DNA from: a virus
Length of the DNA: 64,000 bases
Reading direction: 5' to 3' (one strand)
IMG/VR virus record: IMGVR_UViG_3300042197_001567
Coordinates: 27,095-91,094 of that record
Part shown: one piece after another, positions 28,309 through 37,766 of the stretch
How the letters are laid out: each line of letters starts with the position of its first letter
Position numbering within the stretch: the first letter of the stretch is position 1
Position numbers and translations under genes: made by a program
The notes under the pieces: model-generated
The model's input: only the letters and a program-made list of their open reading frames with translations
Told to the model about the DNA's origin: nothing
The model's database searches: none

Positions 28309-31300
28309 ATGGCATTTGTAATTATTAATGACCCTATTGGTGGTCTAACGTCCACGGTAAGATGTGGTCAATCGAATACGGCGGCTAACTCATACTCAAC
28401 GGTGTCCGGTGGTTTTCAAAACACATCGAAAGGAAACTACACCACAATTTCTGGCGGTCGTAATAACCAAAATAGAAACGATTATTCGTCTGTTGTTGGT
28501 GGTATAAAAAATACAACTATAGATTGTTTATCTATTGTTGGTGGAGGTCAATTAAACACCTCTTGTAAAAATTACACAGTGATAGGTGGCGGTTTTGGAA
28601 ATTTTACAAATGGTTGTTATTCATCAATATCCGGTGGTAGAAATAATACCGCATGTGGAAATTATTCATCAGTAATTGGTGGATGTAACAATACTGCAAC
28701 AGGAATTGCTTCAATGGCATTTGGACTTGATAACAAAGCACTTGCTTGTGGAACTGTTGTTTTAGGTGGTCAATTTTTAACTGGTACTGTTGCTAATCGA
28801 GTATATGTGCCAACATTAAACATAAATTCATTACCTTCAGGTTCTTTTGCAAATAATTTAGGTGTTGACAATTTTGGTAATGTAATCGCTGGTAGAGATT
28901 ATTTTGTAACTGGTGGAACTTTGAATTATAATACATGTAATTTAACATTAAATAGACAAAACGGTTCAGTTGTAATTTCAGGTTTACAAGACATATACTT
29001 GACAGGAGCAACTTACGATTCTTTGACTGGTATATTATCCTTGGAAAGAAATAATGGATGTGCAGTGATCAATGCAGGTCCATTTGTTACAAATAACACA
29101 TTTGTAACTGGAGGTACTCTTGATTATAATGCAGGGCAATTAACTTTAGATAATAATGATGGATCTAATGTTATCATAAATGGATTACAAGATTACTATA
29201 CTACAGGTTTTACATTTAATAATAGTAACTTTGACTTAACAATTGAATTAAATAACAATAGTGCCTATACAGTAAATCTTGGTGTTCTAGCAACCGACCT
29301 TGGTTTAACTGGTGGTACTTACGACGCAAACACTGGAGTTGTTACATTTATTAACACTTCAGGTCAAACTGTACAAGTATCAGGTTTTACAACAGGTTAT
29401 ACCGACATTTATTTAACTGGTGGTACATTCTCAAACGGAGATTTGACTTTGACAAATACAGATGGATCTACAGTTCTTGTTACTGGATTCACTTCAATCG
29501 ACACTTATGTTACTGGTGGAACTTATGATAACAACACTGGTGACGCAACATTCTTTGATAACCAAGGAGGATCATTTGTTGTAACCGGTTTTACTACTGG
29601 TGCGACAGATTACTATACGACTGGATTTACATTTAATGTAGGTAATTATGACTTAACCGTAGAACTTAATAATGGAAGTGCTTATACTGTGAATCTTGGT
29701 GTTTTATCAAGTGATATGACAATTACTGGAGGAACTTATGATCCTGTAACAGGAATCGCAGAATTTACAAATAATACCGGAGGAACCTTCTTTGTTACAG
29801 GATTTTTAACTGGATACACCGATCATTATGTGACTGGTGGTTTTGTGGACGCAGCAAATAATCAGTTAGTAATCCAACAACAAAATGGTAACGTTTTAAT
29901 TCCTTTTGATGATGCTGTTATCATTAATGGTACTGGATTTAATTCTGCGGTTAGAAAAAATGTGGGTAACATTGCAAATAACAGTTATTCTTCAGTTTTG
30001 GGTGGACTCAACAATTTAGGTTCTGGATACGCATCTATAGTTGGTTCTGGTTTACTTAATACTGCTGGTAATTTTTATGGATCCGTAGTTGGTGGTGTTC
30101 TTAACGTAAGTATTGGGGGTTATGATAGTGTTGGTGGAGGTGCTTACAATACAAGTTCATCACAATTCTCAAATGTTGTTGGTGGATATGCCAATACATC
30201 ATCAGGATTTTATTCATCTATTAACAGTGGATATTTCAATAAGTCTAGAAACCAGTACTCCCATATTTCAAACGGACAATCTAACACAGCACATAGTATT
30301 TATACATTTGTTGGTAATGGGTGTTTAAACAAAGCCGTTGGTTGTCATTCTGCAGTTCTTAACGGAAGTCAAAACACATCTTTAGGTGTTTTTTCTACCG
30401 TAATTGGTGGGTCATGTAATACTTCAGTAGGATTTAATTCTGCTGTAATTGGAGGAAATAGTATTATTGGTGCTGACTCAAATAAGGTTTATGTTCCAAA
30501 ATTAAATATTCAAACAATAGAATCAACCGCACCAGTTTATAATTTGGCAATAGATGCTAATGGAAATGTTGTTTCAGGATCATCTACAACAGATTATTAC
30601 TTAACAGGTTTAACTTGGAACCCAGGTACATTTGATTTAACCGCAGAAGTTAATGACGGAAATAACTACACAGTTAGTTTGTCAGTTCTTGCTTCTGATA
30701 TGACGGTAACCGGTGGTACTTATGATGCCAACACAGGTATTGTGACCTTTACAACAAATTCTGGAAACACATTTAATGTAACTGGTTTCACAACTGGATA
30801 TACTGATGTTTTCTTAACAGGAGGTACATATAATAACTCAAACGGTGAGATCACATTAACAAACACTGATGGATCAACAGTTGTTGTAACAGGATTAACT
30901 TCTTGTTGTGTGACTGGTGGTACATTTGATTACACGGGAGGTACTTTAACATTAGATACCGTAACTGGTCAAATAACAATTCCAGGATTACAAGATCATT
31001 ATTTATCTGCAGCAACATACAACACAGGTATTTTGACTTTAACTATGGAGGATGGATCAATAATTCAAGCTTCCGGGTTTGTAACACAAGACACATTCAT
31101 AACTGGAGGTACTTTTGATCAACTCACAAATACATTAACGTTAGATCTTAATGATACAACTCAAGTTACAATTCCAGGTTTCCCTCAAGAAACATTTGTA
31201 CAGAGCGGAACTTTTGATTCTAATTTTGGAATCTTAAATTTACAACAACAAAATGGTATTGTGTCAATTGGTGGATTCCCTACGGGGCCAGCAATCAACC

Positions 31301-32103
31301 CAATTATAATTCCTGGGTCAGGGACTAATTCATCTTTGAGATGTGGTTTGTCAAATACAACATGTGCGCCAAGATCAATCGCTTTAGGTTGTAAAAACAC
31401 AGTTGCATTAGGTGGGGATGACTCAAATATTTTAGGTGGAGATACTAATAAAATCACAGGTAGCGTCTCAACAATCGTAGGTGGTATTAATAACGTTTCA
31501 TTGGCAAGTAACAGCATTAATGGTGGTACTGGAAACTACATTGGATCATCAGGTGTTGCATCAACAATAATTGGGGGTCAAGGAAACTGTGTTAATAATA
31601 CACATTCATTTATCGGTGGTGGTTTAACAAACACATTATTAAGTTGTAGATCAGTAATAGCTGGTGGAGAATTAAATAAAATTTGTACAACAGCACCAAA
31701 CGCATCCATTTTAGGTGGTAGAGCAAATACAGTCTTATCAAACGCTAATGGAGGATTTATTGGTGGTGGTTCATTTAACACGACTTTAGGAAATCTTTCT
31801 TCAGTACTTGGTGGATCCACAAATACGGCGGTTGGTGACTTCTCATCAATTTTAGGTGGAAGTTCAAACAAAGCAACTTGTGTTTACTCAAGTGTTATTG
31901 GGTGTAACATTACATCAACTTGTTCTTATACAACTCACGTAAATAACCTATTAGTTAATGGTGGCGGACTTTCTTTAACTCACGTTATTGTAAACTCAAT
32001 ACCAACAGAGTCTGACTTACCATCTCTTCCAATAGGTGCAATTTACAGATGTACAAATGATGGAAATGGAACTAACACTTCATTACACATTAAATGGCAA
32101 TAA
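28309..32103 (+). CDS. long tail fibre/adhesin-like protein with GGxxN beta-helix repeats and TGGT repeats
   Basis: 1264 aa; three blocks of ~15-aa S.(I/V).GG..N repeats alternating with ~30-aa Y(V/L)TGGT(Y/F)D..G.LTL repeats. Confidence 0.7.
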   Translation: MAFVIINDPIGGLTSTVRCGQSNTAANSYSTVSGGFQNTSKGNYTTISGGRNNQNRNDYSSVVGGIKNTTIDCLSIVGGGQLNTSCKNYTVIGGGFGNFTNGCYSSISGGRNNTACGNYSSVIGGCNNTATGIASMAFGLDNKALACGTVVLGGQFLTGTVANRVYVPTLNINSLPSGSFANNLGVDNFGNVIAGRDYFVTGGTLNYNTCNLTLNRQNGSVVISGLQDIYLTGATYDSLTGILSLERNNGCAVINAGPFVTNNTFVTGGTLDYNAGQLTLDNNDGSNVIINGLQDYYTTGFTFNNSNFDLTIELNNNSAYTVNLGVLATDLGLTGGTYDANTGVVTFINTSGQTVQVSGFTTGYTDIYLTGGTFSNGDLTLTNTDGSTVLVTGFTSIDTYVTGGTYDNNTGDATFFDNQGGSFVVTGFTTGATDYYTTGFTFNVGNYDLTVELNNGSAYTVNLGVLSSDMTITGGTYDPVTGIAEFTNNTGGTFFVTGFLTGYTDHYVTGGFVDAANNQLVIQQQNGNVLIPFDDAVIINGTGFNSAVRKNVGNIANNSYSSVLGGLNNLGSGYASIVGSGLLNTAGNFYGSVVGGVLNVSIGGYDSVGGGAYNTSSSQFSNVVGGYANTSSGFYSSINSGYFNKSRNQYSHISNGQSNTAHSIYTFVGNGCLNKAVGCHSAVLNGSQNTSLGVFSTVIGGSCNTSVGFNSAVIGGNSIIGADSNKVYVPKLNIQTIESTAPVYNLAIDANGNVVSGSSTTDYYLTGLTWNPGTFDLTAEVNDGNNYTVSLSVLASDMTVTGGTYDANTGIVTFTTNSGNTFNVTGFTTGYTDVFLTGGTYNNSNGEITLTNTDGSTVVVTGLTSCCVTGGTFDYTGGTLTLDTVTGQITIPGLQDHYLSAATYNTGILTLTMEDGSIIQASGFVTQDTFITGGTFDQLTNTLTLDLNDTTQVTIPGFPQETFVQSGTFDSNFGILNLQQQNGIVSIGGFPTGPAINPIIIPGSGTNSSLRCGLSNTTCAPRSIALGCKNTVALGGDDSNILGGDTNKITGSVSTIVGGINNVSLASNSINGGTGNYIGSSGVASTIIGGQGNCVNNTHSFIGGGLTNTLLSCRSVIAGGELNKICTTAPNASILGGRANTVLSNANGGFIGGGSFNTTLGNLSSVLGGSTNTAVGDFSSILGGSSNKATCVYSSVIGCNITSTCSYTTHVNNLLVNGGGLSLTHVIVNSIPTESDLPSLPIGAIYRCTNDGNGTNTSLHIKWQ

Positions 32104-32116
32104 AAAAAATAAACTC

Positions 32117-32143
32117 AACCCCCTTTTAACCGAGGGGGTTTTT
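32117..32143 (+). terminator. intrinsic terminator or attenuator between the fibre genes
   Basis: AACCCCCT-TTTAACCG-AGGGGGTT-TTT. Confidence 0.65.
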
Positions 32144-32158
32144 AAAAAAAATAAAAAA

Positions 32159-34183
32159 ATGGCTTTTGTAATAATTGACGATCCGGTAGGTGGTATCAGT
32201 ACAACGGTAAGAACTGGGTACAATAATAAGGCTCTAGGACCAAATTCAGTAGTTTTAGGTGGATTTGGAAATACTTCGTTATCAAAGTATGGAATAATTT
32301 CTGGTGGTTATTGTAATACAAATATTGGTTACTTATCAAACATCGATGGTGGTAGAAGAAACACAACCACAGGTTGTTATTCAAATATAGGAGGTGGTTA
32401 TTGTAATATAACCACTGCTGTTTTATCATCAATAAATGGTGGTTTTAGAAATACGATAACAGGTGGTAATGCAACAATAAACGGAGGTACAACAAATTTC
32501 GCGTCTGGTCTTGTTTCTACAATAGGTGGTGGATGTCAAAATATTGCCACTGGTGGTTGTTCTGTCGTTTCTGGTGGATATTTAAATTCGGCGACCAACA
32601 CTAACTCTAGTATTGTAGGTGGTTGTTTAAACACTGCATCTGGTCAGTATAGTTTTATAGGTGGCGGTAGTAATAACACTGCGTCTAGTCTTAATTCAAT
32701 TGTTACTGGTGGATTTTCTAACATCGCAAATAATTTATGTTCTGGTGTTCATGGTGGTTCTTTTAATGAAGCCCTTGGTGAATTTTCATTCATAGGTGGT
32801 GGTAAAGATAACACAGTTTTATGTTCAGTATCAACTGTTGTTGGTGGTAACTATAATACAGTTAATTCTGAATGTGCGATTATTGGCGCTGGTCAAAACA
32901 ATACTATTGAATCAAATTATGGTTTTATTGGTGGTGGTTTATACAATACATTGGATGCTGATAGCTCATCTATTGTTGCAGGATTTAACAATTTAGCATT
33001 AGGATCACTTTCTTTTATTGGTGGTGGTAGATTAAATACTGTACTATCAAACATGTCAGTAATCGGTGGAGGTTTTAGTAATGATAACTTTGCAACTTAC
33101 GGTACCGTTGGTGGTGGTTCTGAAAACACTGTAATTCTGGACGGATCAACAATTGCTGGAGGTCAGTTTAATACTGTTATACAATATAACTCTACAGTTG
33201 CTGGAGGTTATGGGAACTTTATTGATGGTAACTGTTCATTCGCAGTAGGTAATAGTAACGTTGTTAGTGGTGATTCGTCTTATGTAATTTCTAATAGTTC
33301 TACATTAAATGCAACAAATTCAGCAATTATTGGTGGTTCTGGAATTATTGGAAACGATAGTGACACTGTTTATGTTCCTTATTTGAATATCCAAAATGTA
33401 ACCACAGGAACTTCAATTTCTAATCTAGGAATTACTTCCGCAGGTTTAGTTGTGTTTGGTGATGACTTAACAGGATCCACACCATCATTGGCACAAACAA
33501 TAGCAGTTGACCCTCTTACAGGTGGAAACATTGTAATGACCACCTCAACAGCAATCATTTCTGAAAACACTCAAGGTAATATGAGTGTTAACGATTCCGG
33601 GTTAGGCGCTCAAATATTTATGCAAACCGCAGCAAGTGGAGATACTGTGGATAGTGTATATGATCAACAAAACACTTCTATTTCAGTTCAAGTTAGAGAC
33701 AATTTGATAATTCAAAGTAACCTACAAATGTCCACTAAAGAAATTAAATTAACAACAATTGATAACCCACTTGGAACAACTGGTTCAACCGATACGGGTG
33801 TTGTAATTAACGGTTACAAATATGTTACGGCAACTTTGGTTACAAATGATGCAACACCAACCGATATAATTAAAATTGAAAATTCTACAGGTGAATTAGT
33901 TGGTGGTGTCACAAATGTAAAAGTATGGTGTAATGCTTATGATACTTCATTAGTATCTTCAGGATTATCACAAGAATTTACTTCAGCATATCTTGTTGAC
34001 GGATCTTCAGTTCTTTCTCAATTATCTTTAACTCCAACAACAAATTTAAATTACTCTAGTTTTGATCCGACTGTAAGCGCGGATTTAACTTACACAACAT
34101 CACCAGCAAGAGTAATAGTCGAGGTGACTGGTTTAGCTTCAGATTCCGTATCATGGAAATGTAGGGCTAGATGGTCTCAATAA
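32159..34183 (+). CDS. second fibre/adhesin paralogue with GGxxN repeats (start reassigned to 32159)
   Basis: MAFVIIDDPVGG matches MAFVIINDPIGG of the 28309 gene; more than 20 GGxxN repeats. Confidence 0.7.
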   Translation: MAFVIIDDPVGGISTTVRTGYNNKALGPNSVVLGGFGNTSLSKYGIISGGYCNTNIGYLSNIDGGRRNTTTGCYSNIGGGYCNITTAVLSSINGGFRNTITGGNATINGGTTNFASGLVSTIGGGCQNIATGGCSVVSGGYLNSATNTNSSIVGGCLNTASGQYSFIGGGSNNTASSLNSIVTGGFSNIANNLCSGVHGGSFNEALGEFSFIGGGKDNTVLCSVSTVVGGNYNTVNSECAIIGAGQNNTIESNYGFIGGGLYNTLDADSSSIVAGFNNLALGSLSFIGGGRLNTVLSNMSVIGGGFSNDNFATYGTVGGGSENTVILDGSTIAGGQFNTVIQYNSTVAGGYGNFIDGNCSFAVGNSNVVSGDSSYVISNSSTLNATNSAIIGGSGIIGNDSDTVYVPYLNIQNVTTGTSISNLGITSAGLVVFGDDLTGSTPSLAQTIAVDPLTGGNIVMTTSTAIISENTQGNMSVNDSGLGAQIFMQTAASGDTVDSVYDQQNTSISVQVRDNLIIQSNLQMSTKEIKLTTIDNPLGTTGSTDTGVVINGYKYVTATLVTNDATPTDIIKIENSTGELVGGVTNVKVWCNAYDTSLVSSGLSQEFTSAYLVDGSSVLSQLSLTPTTNLNYSSFDPTVSADLTYTTSPARVIVEVTGLASDSVSWKCRARWSQ

Positions 34184-34201
34184 AATTATTTTAATAATAA
34201 T

Positions 34202-34227
34202 AACCCCACACTTAAGTGGGGTTTTTT
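34202..34227 (+). terminator. intrinsic terminator
   Basis: AACCCCAC-ACTTAA-GTGGGGTT-TTTT. Confidence 0.7.
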
Positions 34228-34267
34228 GTTTTATACACTTTTGATTTTCATTTATTATTTTAAAGGT

Positions 34268-35011
34268 ATGTTTGTAAGTATATGTAACAAAGAATACTTG
34301 GTTGGATATGAAGTAATGTTAAAATCTTTGACTGATACAAATCCAAGAGTTATAAATGAAAATATCCCCTTTTATTTAATTAGTAATGATTTGACTGATG
34401 AAGATTTGATCGTGTCAAAAAAAATTCACTCAAATATTACATTAATGAATTACAACACAGAAAAATACGAAAAATTAAAAAAGTTACAAGAAGGTCAAGT
34501 TGTTTTTGGAGACTATAGTAAGTATGAAATATTTTCTTTAGATTTTTTAGATAAAATAATATTTCTAGATACCGATATTGTTGTGTTAGGAAATATCGAT
34601 CATTTGATAGACTTCAAAGAAGATTTCGGTGCGGTTAGAGAATTATACATTGATCAATATAACACTGGAGTTATGGTGATTGGAAAAAAATATCTCAATA
34701 AAGAAGTTACTGATCACCTTATTCATCTTACAACAATTTATGGAACAACTGAACATTTAGATCAAGACATAATTGATCATTACTTCAGTGACATAATTAC
34801 CCCACTACCAATAGAGTACAATTATTTAAAAACATATTCAAAACAAATATTTCAAAATACAGGACTTCCAAAGTATTTAAAAATTTTACACTTCATTGTA
34901 AAAAAACCTTGGCAAAATAAACCATTGGTGTTTTTAGAGGAAGGTACAATTTGGCAAGAAAAATATTGGTTTGATGTTTATTCTAAAATATTAAAATTAA
35001 AAAATGGTTAA
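34268..35011 (+). CDS. glycosyltransferase family 8 (glycogenin-like)
   Basis: KIIFLDTD, YNTGVMV, DQD, LPIEYN, ILHF..KPW; start reassigned to ATG 34268. Confidence 0.9.
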   Translation: MFVSICNKEYLVGYEVMLKSLTDTNPRVINENIPFYLISNDLTDEDLIVSKKIHSNITLMNYNTEKYEKLKKLQEGQVVFGDYSKYEIFSLDFLDKIIFLDTDIVVLGNIDHLIDFKEDFGAVRELYIDQYNTGVMVIGKKYLNKEVTDHLIHLTTIYGTTEHLDQDIIDHYFSDIITPLPIEYNYLKTYSKQIFQNTGLPKYLKILHFIVKKPWQNKPLVFLEEGTIWQEKYWFDVYSKILKLKNG

Positions 35012-35909
35012 AAGACATTACGAGCAACACGAGTTATTAAAATATAACCAACGTGAACCTAACATTACAAATTATGAAGGAAAAGAATTATTATTACATT
35101 TTGATTCTTTTTGTTTAGGAGATACAATTTGTTTTTCTTCTTTTATGGATTCTTTTATGGAATATCATAAACCAAGATTTGTTTGGGTCACAACATTTTT
35201 TCCCCATTTATTAAAATCACACAGACCTGATTATGAATTTGTTTCCGCGCAAAATGATAAGTTTTTAGATGTGGACAAACTTTTAGACATAGGTTATGAC
35301 AAAGATAATATGAGCCACACAACAGGAGGAATGTTTTATGCCGTTAAAGATACAATGCAATTACCACAACATTTTTCACCTAGCGATTGTCCTGTAATTC
35401 CATTCGAAAGAAAAATAAACCCTAGAAAAATTACAATAGGTCCAGAGACAATTAAATATATTTCGCAGTGGAACTATAAAGGTGGATGGCAATATGTTGT
35501 TGATTATTTAAACAATTGTGGTTTTGAGGTTTATAATATTTCATATGAAAACACATTAAATTTAAAAAATGTTTATGGTATTCATGGTCACGACGACTTG
35601 AATGTTGCAATTTCACATATAAATGAATCTAGATTTTTTGTTGGTCTATCATCAGGTCTTTCATGGTTATCATGGGCATATAAGGTTCCAGTTGTGATGA
35701 TATCGAATTTTACAAAAAGACAAAACGAATTTGATTGCTTTAGAGTTGAGAACTTAAATGTGTGTAACGGATGTTTTAATGTATTTCCGAATATTAAATC
35801 TGATTGTCCGGTTTTGAATAATACCAACAGACAAAATGAATGTCACTTAACAATTACACCTCAAATGGTTATAGATAAAATAAACATGGCTATTGAATTT
35901 ACAAAATAA
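35004..35909 (+). CDS. autotransporter O-heptosyltransferase-like (AAH/TibC family) glycosyltransferase
   Basis: LGDTI, FVGLSSGLSWLSWAYKVPVVMISNFT..EF, VCNGCFN..CP..ECHLTITPQMV (four-Cys iron-finger pattern). Confidence 0.75.
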   Translation: MVKRHYEQHELLKYNQREPNITNYEGKELLLHFDSFCLGDTICFSSFMDSFMEYHKPRFVWVTTFFPHLLKSHRPDYEFVSAQNDKFLDVDKLLDIGYDKDNMSHTTGGMFYAVKDTMQLPQHFSPSDCPVIPFERKINPRKITIGPETIKYISQWNYKGGWQYVVDYLNNCGFEVYNISYENTLNLKNVYGIHGHDDLNVAISHINESRFFVGLSSGLSWLSWAYKVPVVMISNFTKRQNEFDCFRVENLNVCNGCFNVFPNIKSDCPVLNNTNRQNECHLTITPQMVIDKINMAIEFTK

Positions 35910-35922
35910 AAAAAATATAATT

Positions 35923-36813
35923 ATGAAAATGGAAAAACAAAAGGAAAAAAAATATTCTATATTCCACATTGAAGGTGGTTTAGGAAAACATGTCTTGGCA
36001 ACTGCGGTTGCACAATGTATTAAAAATAATCACCCAGACAGAGAATTAATTATTGTCTGTGGTTATCCTGAAATTTTTATAAATTTAAATTTTGTTAGTA
36101 GAGTTTATAGAATTGGGTTAACACCTTATTTTTATGATGACTACATTAAAGATAAGGACAGTCTCATTTTCAAACACGAACCATATTTTACTTCGGATCA
36201 CATAAATAAAAAACTTCATTTACTTTTAAACTGGTGTAAACTGTATGGTTTAAAATATAATAATGAACAACCTCAATTAGTTTATAATGTAAGACAACAA
36301 CAAATTGCTCATGGTAAATGGTTCAGAGATAAACCCGTAATGGTATTACAAACTAACGGAGGACCACTGCAGGAACAACAGTATACGTACTCTTGGACTA
36401 GAGACATACCTTTTGATGTTGCCCAAAACATGGTAAATCATTTTTCAACAAAGTATCATGTAATTCAAATATGTAGAGATCAATCTAATGTATTACAAAA
36501 TGTTGAGGCACATTTTGGTCCAATGCCAAACATGGAACTATTTTCACTTTTGGCTTACGCACAAAAAAGAATTTTAATTGATTCATGTTTGCAACATGCG
36601 GCAGCAGCAATGAATTTACCATCCACAGTATTGTGGGTTGGTACATCACCAGACTTATTCGGTTATAAATTACATGAAAATATTGTGGCAAAATTACCAG
36701 AAAACTTCAGATTACCTGATAGTTATTTGTTCGACTACAATTTTAATGGTGTAACACATGAATGTCCTATGATGGATACAAACATTTTTGATATGACAAA
36801 AATTTTAAAGTAA
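35923..36813 (+). CDS. GT9-like glycosyltransferase
   Basis: IEGGLGK, IDSCLQHAAAAMNLPSTVLW..T.P..FGY. Confidence 0.75.
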   Translation: MKMEKQKEKKYSIFHIEGGLGKHVLATAVAQCIKNNHPDRELIIVCGYPEIFINLNFVSRVYRIGLTPYFYDDYIKDKDSLIFKHEPYFTSDHINKKLHLLLNWCKLYGLKYNNEQPQLVYNVRQQQIAHGKWFRDKPVMVLQTNGGPLQEQQYTYSWTRDIPFDVAQNMVNHFSTKYHVIQICRDQSNVLQNVEAHFGPMPNMELFSLLAYAQKRILIDSCLQHAAAAMNLPSTVLWVGTSPDLFGYKLHENIVAKLPENFRLPDSYLFDYNFNGVTHECPMMDTNIFDMTKILK

Positions 36814-37292
36814 TGGAAAATTGGGATTTTAAATTTCACGGAGGGTTTAAAAGAAACCATGAAAAAAATAAAAGGGCGATGATTGTTGGTACATTTCAAC
36901 CATACCATCTTTGTCATATTGCAATGGTAAATAGGTTGTTATCAGATGGAGTCCCAGTATTAATTTTAGTTAAAGATGTGGAGATTTCGACTGCAACACC
37001 TTTTGGTTCTGAAAACGTAAAAAAACTAATCGAAAAATATCATAACGCAAAGGGTGATGACGTTGTTGTTCAAATAATACCTGATATTGAATCATTTAAT
37101 TTTAGAAATTCTGACGACATAGAAATAAAAGAACACATTTCACCAAAAACAGTTTCAACTATTTCTGTTAAAGGTATTAGAAATTGTTTAGCAATTCAAA
37201 ATGATTCTTGGAAAAATTCAATAGATCCAATTTTACATGAAGACGTATTAAAAATTATCTCACAATCCACTTCAAATCATATTTATATGTAA
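36813..37292 (+). CDS. cytidylyltransferase-like protein with degenerate motif
   Basis: GTFQPYHLCH (canonical G.FQP.H.GH), IIPDIES, ISVKGIR. Confidence 0.6.
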   Translation: MENWDFKFHGGFKRNHEKNKRAMIVGTFQPYHLCHIAMVNRLLSDGVPVLILVKDVEISTATPFGSENVKKLIEKYHNAKGDDVVVQIIPDIESFNFRNSDDIEIKEHISPKTVSTISVKGIRNCLAIQNDSWKNSIDPILHEDVLKIISQSTSNHIYM

Positions 37293-37295
37293 AAG

Positions 37296-37526
37296 GTGAT
37301 GAGTCAATCAATTCTAATAGAAAGTAGTAATTACAATAATCAGGACGCTAACGTTTTGTTCTATCCTGAAACTACGGATATTGTTATAAATTTAGGTGTT
37401 GTTACAATTCCATTTCTATTTGAATCGTCTATGTTGTATCCTCCACAAGAACCTTTTGGTTATTATACAATATTACCGGTTGACTCTCCAGATTGTCCTA
37501 ACGTATTACACGTACCAAGAACATAA
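37296..37526 (+). CDS. small putative virion protein
   Basis: Late motif at 37280-37287; INLGVVTIPF. Confidence 0.55.
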   Translation: MMSQSILIESSNYNNQDANVLFYPETTDIVINLGVVTIPFLFESSMLYPPQEPFGYYTILPVDSPDCPNVLHVPRT

Positions 37527-37528
37527 TT

Positions 37529-37750
37529 ATGTCACATCAAATTACAATATTAGGTATCACTGGTACGTCACCTTATGATGTATATGTATGCGATATAACA
37601 AACACATATTGTTTTTTGGTTTCTGGCGGAACTTCAATCCCACCATCATTTACGTTTGAGCCCAAATTTCCACTAAATAATGTTGATTCATTACTTGTAA
37701 AAGTGATAGATTCAAATGGTTGTGAAATATTTAATTATTACGAATGTTAG
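37529..37750 (+). CDS. small putative virion protein (Ig-like beta strands)
   Basis: GTSPYDVYVC..VKVIDSNGC. Confidence 0.55.
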   Translation: MSHQITILGITGTSPYDVYVCDITNTYCFLVSGGTSIPPSFTFEPKFPLNNVDSLLVKVIDSNGCEIFNYYEC

Positions 37751-37766
37751 TTATTTTTAACTGACT

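Noticed and set aside
32036-32158. N-terminal extension of the second fibre gene
   Set aside because: It spans the previous gene's end and a terminator; the paralogous N-terminus fixes the start at 32159
28309-34183. Diversity-generating retroelement or CRISPR-like repeats in the fibre genes
   Set aside because: Repeats are protein-level and synonymously diverged; no near-identical template/variable pair, spacer array or reverse transcriptase in the window
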